A stretch of DNA of 64,000 nt from Amphiscolops sp. MND2022 (taxonomy: Eukaryota), in contig OZ076416.1 of the NCBI GenBank assembly GCA_964187785.1, positions 28,520,001 through 28,584,000 of the forward strand. The letters run 5' to 3'. A program made the position numbers and the translations under genes. The notes under the pieces were generated by a model. The model was not told the DNA's origin, did not search any database, and was given only the letters and a program-made list of their open reading frames with translations. This document shows positions 37,501-48,994 of this stretch, piece after piece (position 1 is the stretch's first letter; each line of letters starts with the position of its first letter).

Positions 37501-40500
37501 CAGTTCAATCTTACTTTCGACGTTTTGTTCAATTCGAACGTACTTTTGTTCAAATCGAATGAATTTTTGTTCAATTTGGCTGTGAAAAGGTGTACTGGTC
37601 GCGCCAGTTTGAAGTGTACTGTTTTGCGAAAAAGTTACAAGCCTCAAATTAATCTACCTTATGAGTTCTGTTGTTCTTCTGCTTCTTCTTTCTTGTTTGA
37701 AATCTCAAAGTAGTCTCGTGCTTGAATTTTTGCGACAGTGCCTTCCTACACTTCATCAAAGGTTGTCTCTGGTCAGAGTTCAAACAAGAGGACTGTGTTC
37801 TTACGAATAGGAAGAAAAAAATAATCTTGTTCTGTAATTTTATTGGACGTTGCTTTTTTGATATTAAACTTTTTAATAAATATCAGTAACACAGAAGCAG
37901 AGTGCATAAAACAGAAAAAGAACGGGGTAAGATTGGATTCCATAGCAATTTTTGAATAGTACAAGTTATGTTACGAAATGAAATCAGTTATTAGGTTTTG
38001 TTTGTGTTTCACCAGATGAAGCCTCTCTCAAAAGTGCGCGATATGTAATACAAATTGTTTAAAGAGTTAACATTTCTCGTTTATAGTCCATCGATTGTTA
38101 CGGACTGTAAGAGAGCGATTCACTACTCAGATTGAAGATAAATACATAGTTGTACTGAGTTTAAAAAGCTCTTTTTTGCTACGCTGTGTTTTGAATTGAA
38201 AGTGTTCGATTTGTAGAATCGAAACAAATTTTGAGTTGAAGTTCTTTTAACCAGCTCTCGCTTCAGTTTTTTTATAGTCTTGGTAAGTTAACGGACTATG
38301 GTCGCTTGTTTGCTTTCGATCTTTGGGGACAAAAACGATATAATATCTTCACTTAGAAGAAATAAAGAACGGGCTCTTGTTCTGAGAGAGAAGTATAGTT
38401 TACTTTACTTGAAAGGTTGAGTTTGTTTTACACTGGAAAGTTATGATTGGAATACTAGTTCAAGACTAAGAAACCCTTATACATTTGCACTAAAATAGAG
38501 ACTAAAATTCTAAAAAAAGAAACGTCTTATGGAATGAAGCTTCGAATAGGAAATCTAAATGGTTTGACTAACAGTTACTTCGATGATGACGGGGATTGAA
38601 CCCGTGAAGAAAGATTGAGGAATTGAAAATAGCCGTTACGTTATTAGTACACTGTAGTACGTGACTTTCTGGTCTGCTTCCATGCTAAATTTGACCACAT
38701 CGTTAGCCAATAAAATTGAACTACTTTTGTGGTTGGTAAATGATATTGCAGTAACATGATGTCAGGTAACGAGACCATGCAAACGAAATTGTTCCTCATG
38801 TATTATTCTTAGACGTAGCGTCTAAAGATCTTGACTTCATTTGACGTCATACAGCACGATCAAGTAAGGTCAAGCTCAAAACGCGAGCGAGCGGTTTCAT
38901 TATTTCATCTTTGAAAGATTAGATTTTCACAATTAGTTTCCTTTTTTTAGTCGGCGCTTTTCTAGTGAAAAGAGCCCGACTATTACAGTGGCTTGTTGAT
39001 TTTCCGTCAGACTATTCACTCATCGCGTATGTACCGCTCTTTGTACCAAAAGTACTCAGTACTTGATTTTGAACGCATCCAAAGGCCTCTACCTTCAAAT
39101 GCAAAACCCAGATGGGTCCCCCTTCCAATTTTTTGGCGCTATGAGACTTTCAACGCCCCTTTTTGGCTTTGTGAGACTTTTTTTCGAATTTTTTTTAAAG
39201 TCTTCAAAGGGTCCCCCTTCTATTTGTTTGGTGTTTTCCAACTGAATGGATGTTGAAAATGCCTAAATGGCCCCCTTTTACTTTTTTCGGTACTATGAGA
39301 CTGTTAAAAATTCTCGTTTTTCGTTTTTTTTATTGGAAATTTTAATTTTTTTTCGAAATTTTTCAATGTCTCCGAAGGGTCGCTCCTTCATTTATTTTGA
39401 TATTTTGCAACAAACTGGATTTCCAAAAACCCCAAGAGTCCCCTTCTACAATGTTAAAAACTTCGTGCTTTTTGAGCCTTGGATATGAGCCTTTAAACGT
39501 TCCCGTCTTGTTTTCTTTCTCATTAGTCGACATGACCTTCTACACGACATGACCTTGTAACTGCCACTTGGCCGTGGTGTAAAGTCGGATTACTGAGAGG
39601 GTCTGAGAAGCCTGCGTACTTGGGTTCGAGTCTCGCACTATGCCGAAATCTTCTATACTTCCAAAAGTAGAGGGGGGGCAAAGGGTCTCCTTTTTGATTT
39701 TTTTTTCCTGATTTAGGTGACTTGTTTCTGGATTTTCTGAATCCGAAAACCTCTCCCTCGGTTTTTAGCAGAAACAAAGTTTTGCGAGCATAAAGGGCCA
39801 CTGACGAATTTAATAATTGAATTTTTTTTCGAAGTTTCCCGCAATTTTTGGTTTTTTGATGTTTTCTGTAAAGGAAGTCGTTTTTCCGAGTCTTAAGAGT
39901 GGCCTCTTGGAATATTTTTTGATCCTGTGGATTTGATGGATTTTCCCAATGATTGTGAAAAAGACCTACGGCTGTTTCGGCACTGTGCAACTTTCGATGA
40001 AATTTTTAATTGATCAGAGTGTACCCCTCCACTTTAACCCTAAATGGACCGATTTTTGATGAATCCGGAAATTTCCTGGTCCATTTAGGGTTAATAAATG
40101 TTTTCGGCGAGCAAAAAGCATTTCAAAGCACTTTTTCCGTCACTATGAGATTTTTCCTAAGAATTTTTTAATATAAAAAGTATTGAAAAAAATGCAGTTC
40201 TTTAATGTTAGGTAGGGACAAGCGGTTTTTCAGTCTTAATGGAGCGAGGTCACCATAGTAGCGTGACGTTTTCACCGTGAGTTATGAGAAAATTATTCGT
40301 GATCAACTTCCATGCCTGACCAAACTCTATTCCAGGTGCTTTCTCTGGACTAGCAGACGCCAATGAAGGCGAAAGCTATTGCGTGGAAATCCACGAGTTT
40401 GGAGACATTTCCAATGGTGCTACATCTTGTGGGGATGTGTTCGTCACCAGTGATTGCCCCGGATCTCTGGGCACTTTCCAAACTCCAAAATCTTTTTCAA

Positions 40501-40676
40501 TCAAAAACTTGTCTCTGAACATTCCACATGTGCTTGGGCGGTCTTGTGTTGTCTTGAAGACTGGAAAGGTTTTAGCAGCTGGGATTATTGCCAGGTCCGC
40601 AGGGCTGCATCAGAACCCGAAAATGTTTTGCACCTGTGATGGTGTCAGTATTTTTGACGAGCAAAAACTCATCTAA
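28561..40676 (+). CDS. CCS: Copper chaperone for superoxide dismutase, 230 aa
   Basis: Exons 28561-28741, 31776-31946, 40336-40676 (693 nt, in frame, phase-1 introns). Domain I EFAVKMTCGKCV (MxCxxC); domain II GVIRF...CSIEG...IHEFGDISNGATSCG; domain III GIIARSAGLHQNPKMFCTCDG (CxC). Confidence 0.93.
30336..30762. mobile_element. hAT-like MITE in CCS intron 1
   Basis: Termini CTAGGGATGAAA / TTTCAACCCTAG with GC-rich GCGGGC subterminal motifs; the putative 8-bp TSD matches only 5/8. Confidence 0.5.
33000..35170 (-). mobile_element. Heavily decayed gag-like region of an LTR retrotransposon in CCS intron 2
   Basis: CNYCRLKGQTLQCC at 34552-34593 fits CX2CX4HX4C with H->Q; WAQVKTTFMTRFSDH near 35060-35110; many stops. 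Confidence 0.5.
36124..37592 (-). mobile_element. IS630-Tc1-mariner DNA transposon, 1469 bp, ~115-bp TIRs, TA target duplication
   Basis: TA at 36122-36123 and 37593-37594. TIRs start CACCTTTTCACA and contain repeated TTGAAC motifs. Internal transposase present. Confidence 0.92.
36321..37386 (-). pseudogene. DDE transposase (~354 aa if repaired) with one frameshift near 36740
   Basis: HTH region (LAKILNVNRSTAYNIV), IYIDEFG (D1), then after the shift YCIFDNAPPH (D2) and LPKYSPMLTMVE (E). Confidence 0.88.
38949..39513 (+). mobile_element. HINE/DINE-1-like family A copy (CCS intron 2)
   Basis: 5' AGTCGGCGCTTTTCTAGTGAAAAGAGCCCGACT; degraded 3' end TTTTGAGCCTTGGATATGAGCC...CCCGTCTTGTT. Confidence 0.65.
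39563..39643 (+). mobile_element. tRNA-derived SINE-like head
   Basis: A-box-like TGGCCGTGGTG and B-box GGTTCGAGTCT; no clean cloverleaf. Confidence 0.4.
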
Positions 40677-40860
40677 TTTAAATTGTAAATACTCTTCAAA
40701 GTCACATACTATGTAGTTTCTACAGAAATTTTAATTTTGCAGTCAACTTGTACTTCTTGTGTATTCATTGTGCGAGGCACTCTCTAAAAACGTCACGGTC
40801 TTCGAATGCGAGACAACTTGAGTGTTGCTACAAAATTCAGTGGTTTCAGATTTTTTGAAA

Positions 40861-43348
40861 ATGTCCAAACTGCACTCCGTCGAATCAGAAGAGAGCTTGA
40901 AAAAACTCCTTTTTGGAAAAGATTTAGTATGCTTGCATGTTTTTGCAACCTGGGCTCCCGAGTGCGACGAATTAACGTCTGTTCTGGAGATAATAGCTGA
41001 CGAATATAAAGACGTGGTTTTTGCGAATGTCGAGGCCGAGAATGTTGAACAGTTTTGCCTCTCCAAACAAATTCAGTCAGTGCCGTCAGTTTTGTTTTAC
41101 AAATTTGGGGATCTTTACAGTCGTGTGGACGGGTTTGATGTCCCTCAGATCAAAGCGGAGTGCCGAAAGTTGTCTAACTTTGTGGGGCTCAGGCCAATGA
41201 CCAACATGAGCGGATCAGCAGGTAGTTGTAATTTTTTAACTGTCAATCAGCGCCTCAGTTTTCACACAAAATTTCTATTTGTGACTCATTTGACATTCAA
41301 AAAAAGTTGAGCGTGTTCCGTGGCTTCGTTTAGTCCGCCCTCAAGATGCACTTTTCAGAGCCTTGAAGATACTAATTGACGTCTTTTTGTAAGATGCGGT
41401 GATTTGAAATAGCCATGAAATGATCGGAAAATTTTTCATTTCAACGGATCGCCCTTTCCTTTCTACAAAAAATTCCTGTCTACATTATACTAAGAAGACT
41501 TCATGGTGTTCTGACTCTGCTTTCATCATTACCTCATTGTTCGTGGACACTCAGTTATTCTGTAACAACGCTGCGCAGTGAGAACTATGCAGCAGACACC
41601 GTTTCCGCGATGAGTGAAGCATATCAGATGTTAAGTGAATCGTCTCGTCTTTCGTTCCAAATTTTCAGCCAATCACCGGCAACCAAACTAACAGTGCTTT
41701 ACAATCAGAAATCAAGTGAACAATATCAGCATCCAAGTGAGTTAGCAAGTGAGAATTACCAACGACGCTTTCAAATTTAACAAACGCTGACCAAAGAATG
41801 CTACATGTACATGTACGCAAAATCGTATGCGGCGTTCGTTCATTCAAGCTACGATTTCGTTCATATTAAATGAGATTTGCTGTAGCAAGCTAATCAATTT
41901 CTATTGGTTGTTCATTTAATATCTGATGTGCTTCATTTAACGTGGAAACGGTGTAATAAGCGCCTAGCGATAGAGAATCAAGTACATGTACTACTGTAAA
42001 TTTAACAGTGTAGTTTTGCGTTCAACTCTTACCGGTATTTGTTTCTCCAATAGATGCTCAAAGCAATGGTGCTGTCATTGGCGGAAGCTCCGGTGATCGA
42101 CCTCAGAATGATAACACACTGGATGCGTATTTATCAAAACTGATCAACAAAGCACCCATGATGATATTTATGAAGGGATCCCCTCAGGAGCCTAAATGTG
42201 GTTTCAGCAAACAACTTATTCAATTATTGTCGGAGTACAAAAATGTGAAGTACGAGTATTACGATATTCTGCAGAACGATAAAGTCAGACAAGGCTTGAA
42301 GACTTTTTCCAATTGGCAAACGTATCCTCAAGTGTATGTGAAGGGAGAACTCATTGGTGGAATCGATATTGTGCAGGTTTGTTGATGGCTGTACCTAGCT
42401 GTTTATTCTTTTCTGTAATTATCATAGCTCCAATTCAGTGAATCAGGTCGCTTGTCAGCGAAAGCGCAAAAGAAACGAAAGCGACGTAATCTCCGAATAA
42501 GCGCCGACAGAGAAAGCGACGACTTAAATTTACGTTCATCTGATCGGTCGGAAATTTTTGCTATTCTGGTGACAGTTTTTGTTCCGGGAGTTTCACCCGA
42601 CACCGGTACAGTGGAAAGATTAGTCGTTTGTGGTGGTAGTTTGTTGAGAAAAGGGAGTAACAGATTAAATTTTCCAAAAGTTCGATACGTTGTGAAGAAA
42701 TTTCGCTGAGTCAAAATGTTCTTCCGAAAAGCGCCTTATTTACACATTCCCGTCATGTTTTTATGTAACTCGATAACTAAAAAGCTTGGGATCTCATGTC
42801 ACTTCACAATTTTCGAAGGCACTGAAAGCGATTTTACCAAAATCTAAACTAACTTCGAAACAGATCGATTTAGGAGCAGTTTTTGGGTTATACATACTAT
42901 CAATCGATGTATTTGTTGCTCTCAATGGTTATAAGTTTACTATCCATGATTGCAATTTGCGCTACTTGGAATCAACTTTCTTTTTCAGGCACTTCACGAA
43001 GCTGGCGAACTTGAAGAAAATCTTCCAAGTGCTCTTCCCGTTGAAGAAAGAATCAAGAGTCTCCTAAATAACAACAAAATCATCCTGTTCATGAAAGGCA
43101 GTCGCTATCAACCCAGATGCAAATTCAGCAAAGCCTTGATGGAAATGTTTAAGGAACTACCCGATGACATAACTTATGAAACATTCGATATTTTGGAAGA
43201 TGAAGAAATAAGACAAGCTCTCAAAGAATATTCCAATTGGCCCACGTACCCGCAGTTGTATGTAAATAGTGAGTTGATCGGTGGTTTAGATATCATCAAA
43301 GAGTTGCATGAGAATGGAGAATTGGTTGAAACAATGCGACCCAAGTAA
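40861..43348 (+). CDS. GLRX3: Glutaredoxin-3 / PICOT (Trx-like domain plus two monothiol Grx domains), 347 aa
   Basis: Exons 40861-41221, 42054-42376, 42989-43348 (1044 nt, in frame). Motifs: FATWAPEC; FMKGSPQEPKCGFS...SNWQTYPQVYVKGELIGG; FMKGSRYQPRCKFS...SNWPTYPQLYVNSELIGGLDI. Confidence 0.95.
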
Positions 43349-43629
43349 CTATTTTTAGCAAGTTGCCGTTCGCATCAAAGGAGCGCGTATAATTGGAATT
43401 GAATTGTGTACGCCAGCTCGTAGTTGTTGATTTTTTGAAATTTGTTTGGAATTTATGCTGCCAATAGTCAACCAAAGCAAAATGTTTTAATGCTCTCTCG
43501 CGTTTTTACCATATCAAGAGGTAGTAACATTTTTTGTGTAAACTTTTGCCCAGGGTTCCGAGGATTCGTTTTCAAATAACCAGTTTCGTTATTAATTCCG
43601 CCGATCTCACTGAAACCTCGTTTTATTAA

Positions 43630-44105
43630 TATTTCTGCTTTAGCAGGAATATTATTGTAACCTCAAACTTTCTACTTTTTTTTTCAGAACGACTTTTGTC
43701 GTGATACTGAATAATTCAGATATTTTGTTCGGCAGTGACTGTAAGCGTGGGAAAGCTGCCCACAACAATTCAATTCTAGTGCGATGGAACGAGCGAGTTG
43801 TAATTATCCATTCGTATGCTGACGTCATTGAGATGAAGCCAGCGAATGTTCGTAATTGTGCTTTCGTTGCCCCGAGTTATTGAGATGAAGCGAATGAGTG
43901 TTAATTATTCGTTCGTTGAGAGCTTCGCCTGCATTCAAATGCGAATGCGAAACTTCGTCTACGCTTAGTAGTTATATTTTCTTTAGTCCGAGAAGAATTA
44001 AAGGTGTAAACTTGTACAGTGATTACATGTAATTGTGCGCTAAATAATGATTGAACAGGAGTTTGTTGATATTCCAGATATGATTTTATTAATGAAAATA
44101 AAAAA
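43630..44105 (+). mobile_element. HINE family B, 5' end and core; 3' terminus missing here (possible partner at 48498-48536)
   Basis: TATTTCTGCTTTAGCAGGAATA at 43630; core colinear with 24042-24510. Confidence 0.7.
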
Positions 44106-44149
44106 GGAGTGTAGCGAACATTCTACGTCTGATTGGAAAATTGTTTTGA

Positions 44150-47100
44150 ATAACTGGCTTTTTACCATTGTTAACTTCCATAGGGGATAAGTTCTCTCGG
44201 TTTGAAAAATTGTTGATTCTTTCCTGCATTTTAGCTTTTCAAATGTCTTCAACTCTCAAAATGGCTTACTTCAGTATACTTCCATAGGGGATAAGTTCTT
44301 TCGGTTCGAAAAATTGTTGATTATGTCCAGCATTTTAGTTTTTTATTTGCCTTAAAGTCTCAAAATGGCTTACTTTAAGTGTACTTCCGTAGGGAATAAG
44401 TTCTGTCGGTTTGAAAAATTGTTGATCATGTCCAACATTTTAGTTTTTTATTTGTCTTTAACTCTCAAAATGGTTTACTTTAGTGTACTTCTATATGGAA
44501 TAAGTTCTCTCGGTTTGAAAAATTGTTGATTATTTCCAGCATTTTAACTTTTCAAATGTCTAATTCTCAAAATGGCTTACTTCTGTATACTTCGATAGGG
44601 GATAAGTTCTGTCGGTTTGAAAAATTGTTGATTAGGTCCATCATTTAAGTCTTTAACTCTCAAAACGGCTTACTTCAGTATACTTCCATAGGGGATAAGT
44701 TTTGCCGGTTTGGAAAATTGTTGATTATGTCAAGCATTTTAGGTTTTTATTTGTCTTCAACTCAAAATGGCTTACTTTAGTGTACTTCCATAGGGGATAA
44801 ATTTTCTCGGTTTAAAAAATTGTTGACTATTTGCAGCATTTTAACTTTTCAAATGTCTTTAACTCTCAAAATGGCTTACTTCAGTATACTTCCATAGGGT
44901 ATAAGTTCTGCCGGTTTGGAAAATTGTTGATTATGTCAAGCATTTTCGGTTTTTATTTGTCTTTAACTCAAAATGGCTTACTTTAGAGTACTTCCATAGG
45001 GGATAAATTTTCTCGGTTTGAAAAATTGTTGACTATTTGCAGCATTTTAACTTTTCAAATGTCTTTAACTCTCAAAATCGCTTACTTTAGTGTACTTCCA
45101 TAGGGGATAAGTTCTCTCGGTTTGAAAAATTGTTGATTATGTCAAGCATTTTAGCTTTTCAAATGTCTTTAACTCAAAATAGCTTACTTTAGTGTACTTC
45201 TATATGGAATAAGTTCTGTCGGTTCGAAAAATTGTTGATTATTTCCTGCATTTTAGCTTTTCAAATGTCTTAAACTCTCAAAATGGCCTACTTCAGTATA
45301 CTTCCATAGGGGATAAGTTCTGTCGGTTTGAAAAATTGTTTATTATGTCCAGCATTTTGGTTTTTTATTTTTCTTTAACTCTCAAAATGACTCACTTTAG
45401 TGAACTTCCATAGGTGGTAAGTTCTGTCGTTTCTGAAAATTGTTGAATATTTCCAGCATTTTAACTTTTCAATTGTCTTTAACTCTCAAGATGGCTTACT
45501 TTAGTGTACTTCCATAGGGATAAGTTCTGTCGGTTTGAAAAATTGGTGATTAAGTCCAGTATTTTGGTTTTTTTATTTTTCTTTAACTCTCAAAATGACT
45601 CACTTTAGTGTAATTCCATAGGTGATAAGTTCTGTCGTTTCTAAAAATTGTTGAATATTTCCAGCATTTTAACTTTTCAATTGTCTTTAACTCTCAAAAT
45701 GGCTTACTTTAGCGTACTTCCATAGGGGATAAATTCTCTCGGTTTGAAAAATTTTTGATTATTTCTAGCATTTTAGTTTTTCATTTGTCTTTAACTCAAA
45801 ATGGCTTACTTTAGTGTACTTCTATATGGAATAAGTTCTGTCGGTTTGAAAAATTGTTGATTATGTCAAGCATTTTAGGTTTTTATTTGTCTTAACTCAA
45901 AATGGCTCACTTTAGTGTACTTCCATAGGGGATAAGTTCTCTCGGTTTGAAAAATTGTTTGTTTCCAGCATTTTAACTTTTCAAATGTCTTTAACTCTCA
46001 AAATGGCTCATTTTAGTGTACTTCCATAGGGGATGAGTTCTGTCGGTTTGAAAAATTGTTGATTATGTCCAGCAATTTAACTTTTCAAATGTCTTTTACT
46101 CTCAAAATGGCTTACTTTAGTGTACTTCTATATGGAATAAGTTCTCTCGGTTTGAAAAATTGTTGATTATTTCCAGCATTTTAACTTTTCAAATGTCTTT
46201 TACTCTCAAAATGGCTTACTTTAGTGTACTTCCATAGGGGATAAGTTCTCTCGGTTTGAAAAATTGTTGATTATTTCCAGCATTTTAACTTTTCAAATGT
46301 CTTTTACTCTCAAAATGGCTTACTTTAGTGTACTTCCATAGGGGATAAGTTCTCTCGGTTTGAAAAATTGTTGATTATTTCCAGCATTTTAACTTTTCAA
46401 ATGTCTTTAACTCTCAAAATGGCCTATTTTAGAGTACTTCCATGGGGGATAAGTTCTGTCGGTTTGAAAAATTGTTGATTATGTCCAGCAATTTAACTTT
46501 TCAATTGTCTTTAACTCTCAAGATGGCTTACTTTAGTGTACTTCCATAGGGATAAGTTCTGTCGGTTTGAAAAATTGGTGATTAAGTCCAGCATTTTGGT
46601 TTTTTTATTTTTCTTTAACTCTCAAAATGACTCACTTTAGTGTAATTCCATAGGTGATAAGTTCTGTCGTTTCTAAAAATTGTTGAATATTTCCAGCATT
46701 TTAACTTTTCAATTGTCTTTAACTCTCAAAATGGCTTACTTTAGCGTACTTCCATACGGGATAAATTCTCTCGGTTTGAAAAATTTTTGATTATTTCTAG
46801 CATTTTAGTTTTTCATTTGTCTTTAACTCAAAATGACTTACTTTAGTGTACTTCTATATGGAATAAGTTCTGTCGGTTTGAAAAATTGTTGATTATGTCA
46901 AGCATTTTAGGTTTTTATTTGTCTTAACTCAAAATGGCTCACTTTAGTGTACTTCCATAGTGGATAAGTTCTCTCGGTTTGAAAAATTGTTTGTTTCCAG
47001 CATTTTAACTTTTCAAATGTCTTTAACTCTCAAAATGGCTCATTTTAGTGTACTTCCATAGGGGATGAGTTCTGTCGGTTTGAAAAATTGTTGATTATGT

Positions 47101-47845
47101 CCAGCAATTTAACTTTTCAAATGTCTTTTACTCTCAAAATGGCTTACTTTAGTGTACTTCCATAGGGGATAAGTTCTCTCGGTTTGAAAAATTGTTGATT
47201 ATTTCCAGCATTTTAACTTTTCAAATGTCTTTTACTCTCAAAATGGCTTACTTTAGTGTACTTCCATAGGGGATAAGTTCTCTCGGTTTGAAAAATTGTT
47301 GATTATTTCCAGCATTTTAACTTTTCAAATGTCTTTAACTCTCAAAATGGCTTATTTTAGAGTACTTCCATGGGGGATAAGTTCTGTCGGTTTGAAAAAT
47401 TGTTGATTATGTCCAGCAATTTAACTTTTCAAATGTCTTTAACTCTCAAAATTGCTCACTTCAGTATACTTCCATAGGGGATAAGTCCTGTCGGTTTGAA
47501 AAATTGTTGATTAGGTCCAGCATTTTAGTTTTTTGGTTTTAACTCTCAAAATGGCTTACTTTAGTGTACTTTCATAGGGGATAAGTTCTCTCAGTTTGAA
47601 AAATTGTTGATTATTTCCAGCATTTTAGCTTTTCAAATGTCTAACTCTCAAAATCGCTTACTTTAGTGTACTTCCATAGGGGATAAGTTCTCTCGGTTTG
47701 AAAAATAATTGATTATGTCCAGCATTTTAGTTTTTATTTGTTTTTAACTCAAAATGGCTTACTTTAGTGTACTTCCATGGGGGATAAGTTCTGAAAAATT
47801 GGTGATTATATCCAGCATTTTAGTTTTTTAAATGTCTAACTCTCC
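44150..47845. repeat. Satellite array, ~104-bp monomer, ~35 copies
   Basis: Unit CTCAAAATGGCTTACTTTAGTGTACTTCCATAGGGGATAAGTTCTCTCGGTTTGAAAAATTGTTGATTATTTCCAGCATTTTAACTTTTCAAATGTCTTTAACT; GTTCTCTCGG recurs at 46141, 46245 and 46349. Confidence 0.97.
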
Positions 47846-48994
47846 AAAGGTATTCGTTTCGAGTAATTTTTTAAGGGACCTACTATGTTCGTTCGAAAAA
47901 ATATCGATTATTTGCGGCATTTTGGTGAATAGTTTGTCTTTGTCTTATAAAATGGTTTTGTTTAGTATTTTTCAGTTTTTATTGATTATTCTTTCGGTTC
48001 CTTGTGCAAATTTTGTCTTCCTCTGATTTGCTATTTGGTAATTTCACTACTCCCATGATGTAGACACAATGTACTGGGTAAGACGGGCCTAACCCAGCCT
48101 GCACAGTTCGAGTGTCTACTGGGTTCTTAGTATTGGTTGACCTCTCTTGAAGCAGGTAGACCGTTACAGCTCTACTCTTCAAGAATCGGGTTGAGGTTAA
48201 CCCTAGACTCCAGTAGACACTCAAAATCTCTTGCACAAGTACTGATTCGATTCGATTCCAATTTTCACTTTTCTTCCCACTTCGATTTAAATACCTCTAC
48301 ACTGACTATATGGCGGTATCACATGTAAATTGTACAATTTCTCTACGTGGTATGGAATTACTGCAATATTGTTTTAATCAATTGTTCTTGAAATTAACTA
48401 GCTTGCTCCGTCATTTTTTTTTACTTTTGCTGACTTCTCTTTTGTCTTGGAAATAGTTTTTTTTTGGCTATCGTTTTTTTGCTTCTGAAAGGGTATAAAA
48501 GCAGAAATAATCGTGTGCCCCGGAGGGGCCTATTTTTACAGTTCTGTTTTGTCACTTTCACTGCTTAGCACTGCAAGCGACTTAACACTGCAAGCGACCG
48601 AATACCGATGGTTCGAAACGTATTTCGTCCATTTGTCAATGAATCATATTGCACTTATATAGATTTTTTAGTGATGGAACACTTAAGTTTGCATTCTTCA
48701 ATTTCTCAAGCCTCAAATACGATTCACATGTCGGTATTTGTCCGTTTGTTCCTGACATTTGACTTCGTATTTAATCGTAAATCGTATCTGCCCGACCATT
48801 ACAGTAACTAGTTTTTCTTCAGACCACAACTCACACTATGGTACGGTTTTAACAAACTTTCGCAAAGTCCCGTCACTTGGTGTAGCTTTTTGAGCCCTAA
48901 CAGAGGAGCTGACTTTGGACGTTCTTGTCCTATTCTCATTCCTTCCCAAATAAGGAAGTTTGGAGGTAACATTTTATTCTGGAATCTATTTTGT

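Noticed and set aside
40822-40860. TTG-initiated N-terminal extension of GLRX3
   Set aside because: ATG 40861 matches the expected start of the Trx domain, and an acceptor lies within the extension.
44150-47845. Regular repeat array as a CRISPR
   Set aside because: Monomers are contiguous with no unique spacers, there are no cas genes, and the context is eukaryotic; it is a satellite.
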